Assembly: GCA_035084275.1 (NCBI GenBank)
Contig: CM068742.1
Span: 128,340,001 to 128,404,000 of the forward strand
Length of the DNA stretch: 64,000 nt
Direction of reading: 5' to 3'
Source: Hydrolagus colliei
Lineage: Eukaryota
Position 1 is the first letter of the stretch. Each line of letters starts with the position of its first letter. Positions 27,051 through 39,814 of the stretch are shown piece after piece. The position numbers and the translations under genes were made by a program. Under the pieces are notes generated by a model. It saw only the letters and a program-made list of their open reading frames with translations, was not told the DNA's origin and searched no databases.

Positions 27051-28262
27051 TATGTTCTGGTATTTGATTGGTTTGTATCAGGTCAGGAGATGGCTTTGCA
27101 CTTTGGTGCAGGAAGACATATGACCACAAGAGCTTTAGCATGCTCCCTTGACATGAAAGGCATTAAAATAAATGGAAGAAATACTATTATTATCATCGGA
27201 TATTAGAACATTTTCCTGTTTGTTATTCATACACTTTGCTTTATTTTTCATCCCATGGTTGCTTCTGCAAATGATGATTGAAGTACCTTAATATCCATGG
27301 GTCTCTTACATGCTGAGCGCGATATTTAGATCTGGCCCTGTGTGACTGCAGTGTGGTGTGAAACATTTGCAATTAACATGATTGTCTCTTAACAAATATT
27401 ACTTGAAAGGAGCTGTGAAGCACTTGTCAGCATTGCCTCTGCATGATGTGTGTAAGAACATGAAATGATTCAATCGTGTGGACATCAATAGACTGTTTAA
27501 GCTTGTTGGTGAGCTCAAGAGAACATAAACATACGCAGATTTACTTGAGAGTTTTGGAGAATCTTCATACAGAGGGTACATACCCACTCGCGGAAGCTGA
27601 GGTTATAGAATCATAGAATATTACAGTACAGAAGGAGGCCATTCAGCCCATCATGCATGTGCCAGCTCTTTGGAAGAGCTACCCAATCAGCCCCACTCTT
27701 TCCAAATACCCTTTCAAGTACTTATCCAATTCCCTTTAGAAAGTTTCCACCACCCTTTCAGGCAGTGTATTCCAAGATTGTAACAACTCTCTGTGTGTGA
27801 TTTTTTTTTTTCCTAATTTCCTTCTGGGTTTTTTTTTGCCAGTTATCTTATCTAAATCCCCTGGTTTCGGACCCATGTGTCAATAAAACAGTTTCTCCCC
27901 ATTATCTACTCCATCAAAAATGCTCATAATTTTGAACACCTCTAGTAAATCTCCCTTTAACCTTCTCTGCTCTGAGGAGAACAATCACAACTTCTCTAGT
28001 CTCTCCACATGACTGGAGTCTTTCATTCCTGGTACCGTTCTGGTAAATCTCCTCAGCACCATCTCTGATACCTTGATATACTTCCTGAAGTGTGGTACCC
28101 AGAATTGGACACAATACTCCAGCTGAGGTCTAACTTGTAACGTTTTAGCAGAACTTCCTTGCTTTTATACTCTATGGCTGTACTTATGAAGTCAAGGACA
28201 CCATAGAGCTTTTTTAACAGCAATGTCAATCTGTCCTGCCATCTTCAAAGACTTGTGTATGT

Positions 28263-28333
28263 CGCAGCGCCTTGGGACATCCTCCTGACGTGAAAGGCGC
28301 TATACAAGTGTAATTTTGTTGTTGTTGTTGTTG
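28263..28333 (+). mobile_element. Tail-only L2 insertion (about 70 bp)
   Basis: CAGCGCCTTGGGACATCCTCCTGACGTGAAAGGCGCTATACAAGTGTAATTTT(GTT)n, flanked by TGTATGT / TGCATGT. Confidence 0.85.
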
Positions 28334-28503
28334 CATGTGAATCCCCAGGTCACTCTGCTCCCTTCTTTAAAACTACCATTTAGTGTATATTGCCTCTCTT
28401 CATTCTTCCTCCCAAAATGTTTCACCGCACACTTCTCTGCATTAAACTTCATCTGCCATGTGTCTGCCCATTTCACCATTTTTTTTCCAGCTTGAAATCC
28501 TAC

Positions 28504-28713
28504 CATTCATGACTTCCAAAACAAAAACAGAAGTTGCTCATAAAGCTCAGCAGGTCAGGCAGCATCTATGGAGAAAGGGTTGTGGACCCGAAACATTGAC
28601 TCACTTTCCTTTCTCCATGCATCCTGCCTGACCTGCTGATTTTTCCCAGCAACTTTTGTTTTTGTTTAAGATTTCCAGCATCTGTAGTATTTTGTGTTTC
28701 ATTCATGACTTCC
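28504..28713 (+). mobile_element. Penelope-like element terminal fold-back with 14-bp TSD
   Basis: CATTCATGACTTCC at 28504-28517 and 28700-28713; inverted arms CTCAGCAGGTCAGGCAGCATC / CCTGCCTGACCTGCTGA; partial hammerhead GGGT-TGTGG-ACCC-GAAAC. Confidence 0.85.
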
Positions 28714-29484
28714 CCCTGCTTTCTGTCTCCCAGCTAGTTTTGTCTCTATTTATCCACTGTATCCACTGTGCCTTTTATCCTATGGGCTGCAATTTTGCTA
28801 ACTAGACTATTATGTGGCACCTTATTAAACAATGTTAATCATTTGAAGCAAATATAAATCAGCCCAAATACAAATCAATATATTTAAGAAGAAACTTGAT
28901 ACATGAAGAAGAATTGAATGGACAAATTGAATGCAGGGTAATTGGAGTGATGGAGGGAATACATGTGGGAGAAGGGAATACCATGCAGGAGAAGCAATAG
29001 AATGGTATAAGAAGAAAGCAATAGAGGGGAATAGCAGTAAAGGAAAGACACACCTATGAGGAATAGAAAGACTGTGGAAGGGAATAAGTAATAAGTGACT
29101 TGCGAGTCATGTAGAATATAAACATTTAGATTGGTTGGGTGGAATGGCCTTTTCCAAGCTGTATAGTCTATGTAAATCTGTGGAAGGGAGTGCTTGTTAA
29201 TATGCTAAATCACTCTACGTAGCCCTGCAGCTTGCACCTTTGGGGTCTTATTTTGAGAGGTCTTAGTGTGCTTCACAAGTAATGCAGCACACCATTGAAG
29301 TGCAGAACTATTTTTTGTAGGCAAACAGAACAATCATACCTTTTGAGTTAGCCTCCCCAGAGGATGCAAAATAATTTCAGCTTCATGTTGCACTTATGAC
29401 AGTGGTTAATTTAATCTTTTCTGATTAATGTGAAAAAGGTTGAGCTCGCTAATCATTGAAGGTGCCTTGAGACTGTACAGATAA

Positions 29485-29795
29485 TAATAATAATCCTTGC
29501 ATTTGATATAGCGCTTTCCAAATCTTATCGACATTTTAAAGTGCTTCACAGAATATACTGGAAAGTGAATTGACTGTATAGTTGTGGGCGAAACGCGGCA
29601 GCCAATTGCGCAGCAGTGTGCCACAAACAATCGTTGATTGAAATGACCAATTTTTTAAAAAAAATTTGGCTGGATTATTATTACGCATGTGGAGTGAGGA
29701 AACTTGCCCAAGATTTCGCCCTGATCTGCCTGGTTTCGAACGCAGGTCATACGCTTGTTAGGCAAGTGCTCCAACCACTGTACTACAGGAGCTCC
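29485..29795 (-). mobile_element. SINE, short form, full length, 7-bp TSD
   Basis: CAGATAA at 29478-29484 and 29795-29801. Confidence 0.92.
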
Positions 29796-31121
29796 AGATA
29801 AGGAAGGAATAACACCAAAGGTTACATTCCACCACCCCTTTTTACAGTTTTTGCTTTGTTGTTGGTAAGGAGAGCACTAAAAGTACATTAAACATAAATA
29901 GGGATTTAATGGAGCATTACTACAACATGTACCACATTTTTGACTCAATGATTTGTATTTTTATAGCTTCCTCCCTCCACCCCCGACCTTCCCCCCACCC
30001 CAACCATTATTAGATAAGTTTGATCTTAGTCTGTGTTCCACTCTAGAATGGTGACACAGATCAGCGCAACAAGGGGTTCAATCATCTTACTGCCCTATTT
30101 TAAATGAAATCTGAATATAAAAGCATCTAAATGTACATAGAGCTCACAATATCCAAGAATTAGGCCATTATGTAGCCTTATCTTGTAGAATACCTTTAAC
30201 AATCAATTATTTTAGCTATTGTTTCTCTTTATCGAATGGGTTGAACAGCCTGAAAAGAAATGGGATGAACAAGGGAAGCACATGCTTTGTGACCTTTGAT
30301 GTGCTGGAGCTGAACACTCCAAACTTCTTCTTTGTCTCAGAACGAAAAGGATGCAAACATTCAGTCCTTACACTGCAAGAATATATCAAGTCTCTGTTTT
30401 GTTCCTTTCCTCTCTCTTCAGCCAGGCTCACTGAGGAGGCATAATCTGCTTATAGAAGATATTTGTCCTTTGTGGCTTGGCCTTTACTACACTTCTGAGC
30501 TTCAGCTATTTTATTCCACCGTCCCTTCCCTCCCTGGTTGCCACCTAAGGATTTGACAGTCACTAGATCACATCCACGAACAATGTAGCTGGCTATGGGA
30601 TTTTGTAACCTGAGATGTCTTACCATATTTATGATGTGTTGCGGTACTGTTAGTGAGAATACAAAGCTGTTGCTCAGGAAACCCCCCAAATGATGAATGT
30701 GCTGTATGAAACCATTGACGGTACAAATAGATTATAGTCCTCAGAACCTTTTCACGTTGTCATGAAGACTGAAATGTAATCAAAAGGCATATCCATTTTG
30801 CCACATCTTCGGTTAAAGATTCACTACATTAAGCCTGTGACAACTGCAGCAGGGATTTTATTTTCCCTTCCTTTTTTTCTAAACAAAGTAACAGCAAGAA
30901 AACAAAGTTTTTTTCATTAGTGAACTCTATTTGAATGTTTGAGTGTGACAGTACTTAATTGCTAATGCTGTACTGTATTAGAAAATCCACTGATGGAATG
31001 GTTGATGGCATGGAGTCCCATATTATACAACAAAAACTAAATTACATTTATAGAGTGCCTTTCAAGTCGGGAGGATGTCCCAGCATAGACGTTGGCATGC
31101 TTGCCTCACAAGCGACAGAAC

Positions 31122-31554
31122 TTCAGACTTCACTGGCTCCCTGTCCCAGAGAGGATCAATTTCAAGATCCTCACCCTTGTTTTCAAATCCCTCCACTCCT
31201 CTGCACACTCCTACCTCTCCAACCTTCTTTCTCCTCAAACCAGCACCTGTTGCCTTCACTCCACCGGGTCTGGCCTCCTCCTTGTCCCTCGAATCCACCA
31301 CTCCATCATCAGCGGCTGTGCCTTCAGCCATTTCGTCCTGAGGCTCTGGAACACCCTTCCTCATGTCCTTTGCCTCTTCCACTCTCTTCTCAAATTCAGA
31401 CCTCAGCTAAAGACCTTTCTCTTCGAAAGGTCACCTTTGGTCACCTTTCTCCCCCTAACCCTGCTCTCCCCCCCACCAGGTTCCGTTCTTGTGAAGCACT
31501 CTGATAGGCCTTCTGGTGTGGAGGGCACTGTATAAATCGAAGTTGTTGTTGTTG
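31122..31554 (+). mobile_element. Young L2 3' fragment (preceded by an inverted tail-only insert at 31027-31083)
   Basis: RLHWLPVPERINFKILTLVFKSLH..LWNTLP..FRPQLKTFLF; tail AAATCGAA(GTT)n. Confidence 0.92.
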
Positions 31555-31555
31555 A

Positions 31556-31900
31556 ACCGAGGTTTGGTTCTTAGGCATAGCGAAAACTTAGGCAAGTTTC
31601 CTTACTTCACTTTCCACTATTTATCGAGCAGTAAATAGGAACCTGGTTGTTAATCGATTAACGGATCACTTTTCTGGAGGTAATATTTCCTTCAGAAATA
31701 ATAATAATAAAATAATTTGGGTATCTGATAGGTTGGTAGTCATTTGGTCACTCAGTCTATGATTGTTTGTTGGACACAGCTGTGAACAATTGCCTGCCAT
31801 GTTTTGTCCACATACAATCAATTCACTTTTCAATATATTCTGTGTAGTGCTTTGGGATGCCTCGAAGATATATCATATGCAAAGATTATGATTATTTTTT
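31556..31900 (+). mobile_element. SINE, long form, degraded
   Basis: TAGGCAAGTTTCCTTACT..GCAGTAAATAGGAACCTGGTTGTTAATCGATT..tail. Confidence 0.75.
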
Positions 31901-32055
31901 GATGAAATCTTAACTGAATATTCTGAGTGGAGCTAATCTGCCTAGAAGTACAAGGCACCACGTTTGAGCAATGGTCTGTGCTGACTCTCAAAGTGCCAGG
32001 TTTGGAAGAGAAATTGGAAGAAAATTTGCTTGAAGATTTGCTCATGAATATGAAA

Positions 32056-32240
32056 CAGCAACAACAGAATTACACTTGTATAGCCCCTTTCACATAAGGA
32101 GGACATCACAAAGTGCTGGACAGTCATTGTTGCAACAACAAAAACAACTTGGACTTATATAGTGCCCTCCATGCCAAACGGCATTTCAGACCCAAGCTAG
32201 GGATTGGGAGGGTGGAGGGAAAGGGAGGGATTTGGGGTGA
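32056..32240 (-). mobile_element. Two tandem L2 tail fragments of different tail types
   Basis: CAACAACAGAATTACACTTGTATAGCCCCTTTCAC and CAACAACAAAAACAACTTGGACTTATATAGTGCCCTCC. Confidence 0.75.
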
Positions 32241-32754
32241 CAGAAACTTTAGCCCCTGTTAGACGATGTACATGCATAAAGATCAGTTGAGAGGTAGATT
32301 GAGCTTGACAAGGGAAAACACAAACACTCACTCTCTGATGGACACTGTCCAGATTTACAAGTGAATATTGTTCTGTAAATTAGGATAGCCTGCATGCAGC
32401 AAACCAAACCTGACAACAAGGACCTTTGTGAGAGACGGTGTAAATACTGAGTAGCTTTAAACCTCTTTATAAAGCTGTCATCCTTCAGTGCTGTGATTCA
32501 TAATAAGGTTAAGAAATCATGCATATTTTATCTAGATTTTTCTACAGTATTGGAAACTTATTGAATTATTTAACCTTTCGACTCTGAAAAGGTGAATGTG
32601 ACAAATTTACAAGTTATAAGAGGATTGCCGAAAGCCAGAAATAGGAAACCTACAGGAGAGGCTACTCTGGTGACACCAATCTTAATGCAGTTAATTACTT
32701 ACAAGGAGAAATTATGGTAGCTAAAACAAATAGGTTTTCATTCGCAATAATCAT

Positions 32755-33100
32755 GCAACAGCAACAACCAATTACATATAATGCACCAATATAGTGCCTT
32801 TCATTTTGGCTGGATGTCCCAATGTGCTGGAGTCAAAGGATTGGGATCGGGAGAGCTCGGGGGCAAGGGATTGGTGATGGGAGGATGGTTAAGGACAAGG
32901 TCAAAAAGGAAGATCTTGAGATGGGTCTTGAAGGAGGCAAGGGAGCGGGCAAGGCAGAGGGACTCCAGGTTGTATTTCCAGAGAGTGGGGGCAGGAAGGT
33001 TAAAGGCCCAAACGCTAACACTTCAGCGGGCAGGGATATGCAGCAGGTCAGTGCCCAATGAGCAGAGTGGGTGGGTTGTAAGGTCCAGAAGGTTTACAGG
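32755..33100 (-). mobile_element. L2 3' fragment
   Basis: (CAA)n tail; GAGATGGGTCTTGAAGGAGGCAAGG. Confidence 0.8.
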
Positions 33101-34359
33101 ACAGTAGGACACCATTCAGTCATTTGTTGCTTTACTAATCCCACTCCTCTCCACTTTCTCCTTTTAATATATTATTCTGAAATGCTTACCCAATTCCCTT
33201 TTATAATGTTGCTGTGGATGGAGTTTCTGCAATCATTTACAGTAGGGTATCCTACATTCTAATAACATTGTAAAAGCCTTTCTTCTGATTTCTCCCTTGA
33301 TCTATTTTTCCTCCTTACTATGAATAGAAATCACTCTCTATTTACCCAATAAAATAAAACCATAATATTGTATAGTTGTATCTTATATACTTCTCTGCTC
33401 CAGTGGATTCAGTCCCAATTTTAATGGTTTTCCCTATCAATGTCACAGAATAGGTATTCAATCACAATTATAAATAATACAGTATACTCTATGAAGCGGT
33501 TTGAGACATCTGGAAGACATGAAATGCACAATGTGAAATGCAAGGGTTAATTTGTTATTATGACCTTGAATAGCAGTCAACCAAGGCTCCAAAAAGCAAA
33601 GGAAATACGGACCTATTATAGTAATAATGGCATCTGAAGAAGGAAATCTTACTGGCAATTACCCCCAAAATAGAAAAAGGCACTAACAAATCCTCGAGTG
33701 GTATTCATATTTTGTTGGTAAAGGGAACTAGCAATATCTGACTCAGATATTGATGTAACTTGTACATTAACTTAAATCAGTAGAGTGTCTTTCAGTCAAG
33801 TAGAGCAACAGGAAATTGAGCAGGACAATAATAGGAAAGAGTGAGAGTAGGCAGTAATCTGAAGAAAGTATTTTGGTGTTCTGGGTGGAATGTAATTTGG
33901 ACCTGGGAAATGAATGAGTAGAAACTGACTTAATTGGTAAAAGTCTGACCAACTTTAAGCATCATGGAATTAGAGGAGGTGACCAAGACCAAGTCACAAA
34001 GAGAACGCAACGGGGAAGATGACATTTGCACAGTTTGAACCCAGAGCTCCCATTGCCTCCTTGACCTTTTCTCTGCCTTTATCACCATTGACCGTTCAAT
34101 GATAGTTCATCTGTCCACTTTCTTAATTCAACTCATACTTATCTTCACTGTGTCTCCTCAAGTAATTTATCTTCCAATCTCAACATAATCATCCTTTTCC
34201 TTATCTACATGCTTCCCCTCAGTGAAATTTTCAATGACTCAGCTCTACCGGCTACCTTGGACTTGCTGTATGTACTTTGTTCACCTCACACTCTCCTCTG
34301 CTTTCAAAATATTTCTATCTTTTTGACCACGGCTTATTTTGTTGTTGTTTTTCAGTCAT

Positions 34360-34640
34360 CTACATGGAAGGATTGTATAGGTTAGAACCTCTCTCTGTCT
34401 GGAGATCAGATGATTGAAAGAGGTTTTTTAAATTAAGAAAGCAATCAATATGGTAGATTTCAATATGATGTTTCTACTTATTGATGACTCCAAAACCAGG
34501 AGGCATAAATATAAGATCTTATATAGAGTTTAGGAGTAACTTCTTTATGCAGATGTTGATGAGAGTGTGGAGCTCACTGACATAAGTTGGCATTTGTAAG
34601 CACTTGGACTGATTTCTGGCAAATTGAGTTGAATACAGAT
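34360..34640 (+). mobile_element. CR1 3' fragment, degraded
   Basis: TCCAAAACCAGGAGGCATAAATATAAGAT..AACTTCTTTATGCAGA..GTGTGGAGCTCACT. Confidence 0.65.
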
Positions 34641-35091
34641 AAATACTGTATAAAATACAGCTGAAAAGTAATAGTAAAACTTGTAAAGAGGGAAATTGAA
34701 ACAGGGGGTTTATGTGACTCGGCAATTAGCATGTTTAAATTGCAATAGGAAAAGGCAAACAGGATGCTGAGCTACATTGCCAAATAGGTTGAGTTCACAT
34801 TCCCAGAAGTCCTGCATGATGCTTGACATATTTGATGCCAACAGAGAATCTTGTAAGAAAGGATCCCAAGCATTTTTGTCAAACAACAATGGGGAAAATG
34901 TTTTCCACAACCTTAGGGCAGGAGTCTGCCAGCCACAAATGTTCATGAGTAAATGCCTGGATGACCAGCGAAAAGTATCAGATCCTCAATTTCGCTTGGT
35001 CTCCTTGAGTAGCAGATGGCCTACATTGTAAATCAGAGTCCCAAACATTGCAGATTGCATGGCTATTAGCAATTCCTGTAAAACACATATA

Positions 35092-35936
35092 CCGTATATC
35101 TCCGCGTATAAGGCGCAGCCGCGTATAAGGCGCACCCCCCACTTTTGACCTTTTCTTGGTGAAAAAAAATGGAAGCATTTTCAATGATATTGCCGGCAGA
35201 AGGGAGGAGAGACAGGAGAGACAGGTAGGTAGGGAGAGAGAGAGGCAGGCAGCCAGGCAGCCAGGGAGGGAGAGAGGGAGACAGGCAGGCAGNNNNNNNN
35301 NNNNNNNNNNNNNNNNNNNNNNNNNNNNNNNNNNNNNNNNNNNNNNNNNNNNNNNNNNNNNNNNNNNNNNNNNNNNNNNNNNNNNNNNNNNNNNNNNNNN
35401 NNNNNNNNNNNNNNNNNNNNNNNNAGGGAGGGAAGCAGGCAGNNNNNNNNNNNNNNNNNNNNNNNNNNNNNNNNNNNNNNNNNNNNNNNNNNNNNNNNNN
35501 NNNNNNNNNNNNNNNNNNNNNNNNNNNNNNNNNNNNNNNNNNNNNNNNNNNNNNNNNNNNNNNNNNNNNNNNNNNNNNNNNNNNNNNNNNNNNNNNNNNN
35601 NNNNNNNNNNNNNNNNNNNNNNNNNNNNNNNNNNNNNNNNNNNNNNNNNNNNNNNNGCAGGCAGACTGGGTTTGGCTGAAGGCAGGCAGCAGGCATAGCA
35701 CTGAAGTCCGCTGCTGCTGCTGCTGCCCGGGCGGCCGAGGCCGAAGCCCCATCACCCGCTCCTCCCAACCCCCGCCGGACACTGACCAAACCCCGGCTGA
35801 CAGCGCGCCAGCCGCCCCTCCTGTTTACTGTATTTCCGAGGCTCAAAATTTATTGTACCTGCGTATAGGGCGCACCCCCAACTTTCGAGATCTTTCGACG
35901 TGAAAAAAAGTGCGCCTTATACGCGGAGATATACAG
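35092..35936. mobile_element. Non-autonomous Tc1/mariner-superfamily (Tc2/pogo-type) DNA transposon (MITE) with internal GGCA/GGGA satellite and N gaps
   Basis: TA|CCGTATATCTCCGCGTATAAGGCGCA ... TGCGCCTTATACGCGGAGATATACAG|TA (26-bp TIR, 1 mismatch); subterminal repeats GCGTATA(A/G)GGCGCACCCCC; N runs at 35293-35424 and 35443-35656. Confidence 0.9.
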
Positions 35937-36127
35937 TACTTCTAAATAATGATAGGTGTTGATCAATGGAATTGACATAAGTATGCATCTATGATTGGCA
36001 AATCTGTGTCATTAGGTGTTGGTCAATACAGAAACTTGAATACAGGAATACTTTAAGGATTTTGCAGGAGAATGCATTAACAGCTAAATTCTGATTTAAT
36101 GATATGGGTTGGTCATAGGGACAATAA

Positions 36128-36728
36128 ACTACAACAACAACAAAATTACATTTACAAAGTGCCTTTCACTCTGGAGGCTGACCTAAGGTGCTGAACAGTC
36201 AGGGATCAGGACCCAAGTGTGGAGGCTGGGTTGGGTTGAGGGAGAGCAGAGTGGGTAGAGAGTAGCTGAAAGCACAGTTAAAAAGGAGGTCCAGAGTTAT
36301 CACTTGAAGGAGGCAAGAGACAGAGCAAGGCAAAGGGATATGGGATGTCATTGCAAAGAGTGGGGGGGTAAAGAGGCAACAGATGGTAGTGCAGATTAAG
36401 CATCTAGAGTCTGCTAAGCAGAGGCTGTGAGCAGGTTCATAGGGAGTCAGAAAGTCAGAGATGTAGGAGGGAGTTAGACTCTGGAGAGTCTCGAAGGTGA
36501 GGACGAGGATTTTGATTTCTATCCTCTGAGGGATGGGGAGCCAATGGAGCCAAGTGAGGATGAAGTTGATGGGGTCACAGAACCTGATGCGAGAGAGGAC
36601 ACGAGCTGCAGAGATCTGGATGATCCGCAGATTCTGGAGAGAAGAGTTGAAGAGGCCAATGAGGACAGCAACAACAAAATTACACTTATATAGCACCTTT
36701 CACGTCAGGAGAATGTCCCAAGGTGCTG
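36128..36728 (-). mobile_element. L2 3' fragment plus an abutting tail-only insert (36668-36728)
   Basis: LRIIQISAARVLSRIRFCDPINFILTWLHWLPIPQRIEIKILVLTF; two (CAA)n tails. Confidence 0.88.
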
Positions 36729-37034
36729 AGGAGGGAGTTTTTCTTTTGTAATTTTGTTGTTGTTGAAGTCTATTATCCCTATGCCCAATATGTATCATTA
36801 AATCGGAATCGGGCTGTTTGTTCATTCACCCAAAAAATCCTCAACGTTTCATGCATCCTGTTGGAAGAAGCAAACGGCAAGAGTTCACCCATCAGCTCAG
36901 TTTACCTGTACATTTCATACTACCGTAAATAAGCATGCAGTAATGTATTACTCTGTTCAGGACTCCAGGAGAAATTCTATGTTAAAAGACATGAAAACAA
37001 TCATCTCTCCACAGTCCTCATTCATGGCATTCAT

Positions 37035-37350
37035 GGAGCTCCTGTAGCTCAGTAGTTAGATCACTTGCCTTACAACTATGAAACCTGTGTTCAAATCCAG
37101 GCAGATCTGGGCAACACCTTGGGCAAGATTCCTTACTCTACATGCCTAATACATGCCCAAAAAAACACAATGATAAAAATTGGTCATTGAAAATGGCCCA
37201 CAATTATGGGACACTGCTGTGTGCAATTAGCTGCCGCGTGACAACCACAAATATACAGACAATTAACTGTGAAATATATTCTGTGAAGTGCTTTGGGACA
37301 TAAATAAGATGTGAAAAGTGCTATATCAAATCAAGGATTATTATTATTAT
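37035..37350 (+). mobile_element. SINE, short form
   Basis: GGAGCTCCTGTAGCTCAGTAG head through the (TTA)n tail. Confidence 0.9.
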
Positions 37351-37713
37351 AAAACACACAAGGAAACTCTGCCTATATAATCACAGAGCAGTATTGTAGG
37401 TTTTCAGTTTATGCTGTTCTTTTTATTGCTAAAAATTCCACTTGGTAGTTATACATTGTATGAAGCAATTCTAATAAACCACTCATCACAACTTATATGC
37501 TGTGCTATTTCAGGAGGTAAGAGTCTGTGTCATTCTCCAAGCACAGTGTAAAAGTTCCTGCCTCATGGTTACTTGCTGAACACAATTGGTTGGAACGTTT
37601 GCCATTATCTGCAGCTAATGTTTTCTCTTCCACCCCATCCCCACCACCCAATTGAATTAATGTTTCCAAAATGTTCACTTAGAAGGTGGATGCCCTTTAA
37701 CCCATTGTTTGTT

Positions 37714-37800
37714 ACTCCCCGCCCAGCTTCTCACTCCCCACCCAGCTTCTCACTCCCCGCCCAGCTTCTCACTCCCCGCCCAGCTTCTCACTCACCAGCT
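37714..37800 (+). repeat. 19-bp minisatellite (ACTCCCCGCCCAGCTTCTC), about 4.5 copies
   Basis: Units at 37714, 37733 (one G>A), 37752 and 37771, plus a partial unit. Confidence 0.95.
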
Positions 37801-37844
37801 GACTTTCCATGTGCTAAAATTGCACTGACTTCGGGACATAACCC

Positions 37845-38085
37845 GAACCAAACTTCGCTCCCCGATTTCCCCAGTCCTTCACTGGCTCCTTGTCTCACAG
37901 CAGATCGATTTCAAGATCATCACTCTTGTGTTGAAATCCCTCCACTCCACTGCACCGCCCTACCTCTCTAACCTTCTCTCTCCTCACATCAGTACCTGTT
38001 GCTTTCACTCTACTGGATCCGGCCTCCTCCTTGTCCCCTAAATCCTATGTTCCACCATTGGCAGCCATGCCTTTAGCCACATTAG
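37845..38085 (+). mobile_element. L2 3' fragment lacking the tail
   Basis: CACTGGCTCC..TTCAAGATC..CCCTCCACTCC..GCCATGCCTTTAGCCAC. Confidence 0.8.
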
Positions 38086-38236
38086 CATTTGTCACGACCC
38101 AAGAGAAGATGGTTGCTCTTGACCATGTATTTTTATAAGACAGGTAGGAATTTTAAGTAGCCTACCCCTGTAACCACTGCCTTATAATGCCAGGTCTCTT
38201 GGTACCTGGCAAAAAATTAGGCTGGGTTTATGAGTT

Positions 38237-38410
38237 AATAATAATAATAATGCTTGCATTTTGATACAGCGCTTTTCACTTCTTCTGCACATCTCAAAGA
38301 ACTTAATAAAATATACTGTAAAGTAAATTGACTATATTTGTGAGTGAAATGTGGCAGCCAATTGCACATAGCAATTCCACAAACAGTCATGGATTAAAAT
38401 GACCATTTTA
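38237..38410 (-). mobile_element. SINE 3' half
   Basis: (TAA)n TGCTTGCATTTTGATACAGCGC..GGCAGCCAATTGCACA. Confidence 0.8.
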
Positions 38411-38559
38411 TTGATGAATCTTTTGATCTATCAGTTCATTTGGCATTTCATGTCAATAGTTCATCTGAATTAGTTATTGTATGAATTCACCATGTGCTTT
38501 CATCAGAATAATTCCTTTTGGGCCACCTCTTGATTTACTCCTAAAATCAACTAATAGTA

Positions 38560-38950
38560 ATGCAACAATAATAATCATTGAATATGATATTGTATCTAAA
38601 ATGTCAGAGGGTCTCTGCATAGTTCTTTTTGTAGACATTTTGGCAAACTATTAGATGCAGCATGGTCCTAAAAACAGCCATGGGATGAATGATCAATTAA
38701 TCTGGAGGATTGCTACGAGGACAAAGGGAGAAACATCCCTTCTCTTTGCAAATAATGTTACTGCATCTTCACCATCTACCTATATAAGCATATTTACCTC
38801 ATCCAAAGGACAATACCTCCTGCAATATAGTACTCACCCCACATTGCTCGAGAGTCCTATCCTAAACAATGACCTGAACATCTACAGTAGATACAGAGCT
38901 ATCACCCACAGCCTTCTGGCAAAAGACAAGTGTGCTACCAACCAAGCCAA
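38560..38950 (-). mobile_element. Old DeuSINE, degraded
   Basis: AAACAGCCATGGGATGAATGATC..CTCATCCAAAGGAC..CAAGTGTGCTACCAACCAAGCCA. Confidence 0.55.
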
Positions 38951-39814
38951 AGTGAAAAATTAATGAATAATTTACAGTTTCTCTGGAATCAGAACAATAT
39001 TCAATTCTGTGCAGCTCCAAATTCAATCCCATACATTGTTTTGAGTCTCAAAAATTGTGGAGGCTTCAATAAAAATCAGATCTGTCTGACATGCTCAATT
39101 CAAAAGCAAATTTTGGTTTTAGAAGGAAAAAAAGTGGTGTTCCCATAAACTGCTATTTGTTCCATATTAAATGTTTGGTAATGATTCACTGAAAGCTCTC
39201 GCAGAATCCAGTGGTTTAAAATATGTTTAATGGCTGAGTTATTTTACAGGCATTATTAATTCCATAAACAGTGGTGGAAGGTCATTTGTAAGCACCACAC
39301 ACACACATGCCAGTGTAGAAAACAATTATCTTGGAGAACATTTATCAGTAACTGAAACTGTTATGATAACGTCATTGACCGTAGATTTATGTCTTCTCAA
39401 TTAAAACTGAACTGAACATCTTTTAAATCTCATTTCATGGACTGTGCCCTCAAACCAATTGGACCATCACCCTCTGATATGTTTGTAGGTGTATCACCTG
39501 CTGCCTTGAAAAGTGGGCAGGTCACAAAGTGCAGATTTTGATTAGTGTTATTACTAATACAAATAACTTCTTATGGTAATGTTTAAGAAAATTACATTGT
39601 GCTATTTCAGCATTTCAGTAATTTTCAATGGTAAAGGCCAAGTGTCCATACATACAATTTTTAAATAATTGCAGAATAATATTAATCATCCTTGCATTTG
39701 ATATCACGCAATATCCCATCTTCGAGACATCCCAAAGTGCTTCACATGATATACTGTAAAGTGAATTGATTATATTATGTGGGTGAAACATTTATTATTC
39801 TTATACTTATAATT

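Larger units (their letters stand above)
27605..28830 (-). mobile_element. CR1 LINE 3' part with (TTCTATGA)n tail, hosting an L2-tail insert and a PLE hairpin
   Basis: ATAGAATCATAGAATATTACAGTACAGAAGGAGGCCATTCAGCCC; KWADTWQMKFNAEKC; GGCACCTTATTAAA further right. Confidence 0.85.

Noticed and set aside
30422-30556. Strong acceptor followed by the open frame PGSLRRHNLLIEDICPLW...
   Set aside because: No donor before the stop and an unrecognised peptide.
30690-30773. C/D-box snoRNA-like ATGATGA...CTGA
   Set aside because: No terminal stem, no clear C'/D' boxes and no recognisable rRNA guide; expected by chance in AT-rich DNA.
35066-35846. Long ORFs (238, 221 and 180 aa)
   Set aside because: Artefacts of N runs and low-complexity satellite inside the MITE.
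37714-37800. CRISPR-like repeat array
   Set aside because: Head-to-tail repeats without spacers in a vertebrate genome.
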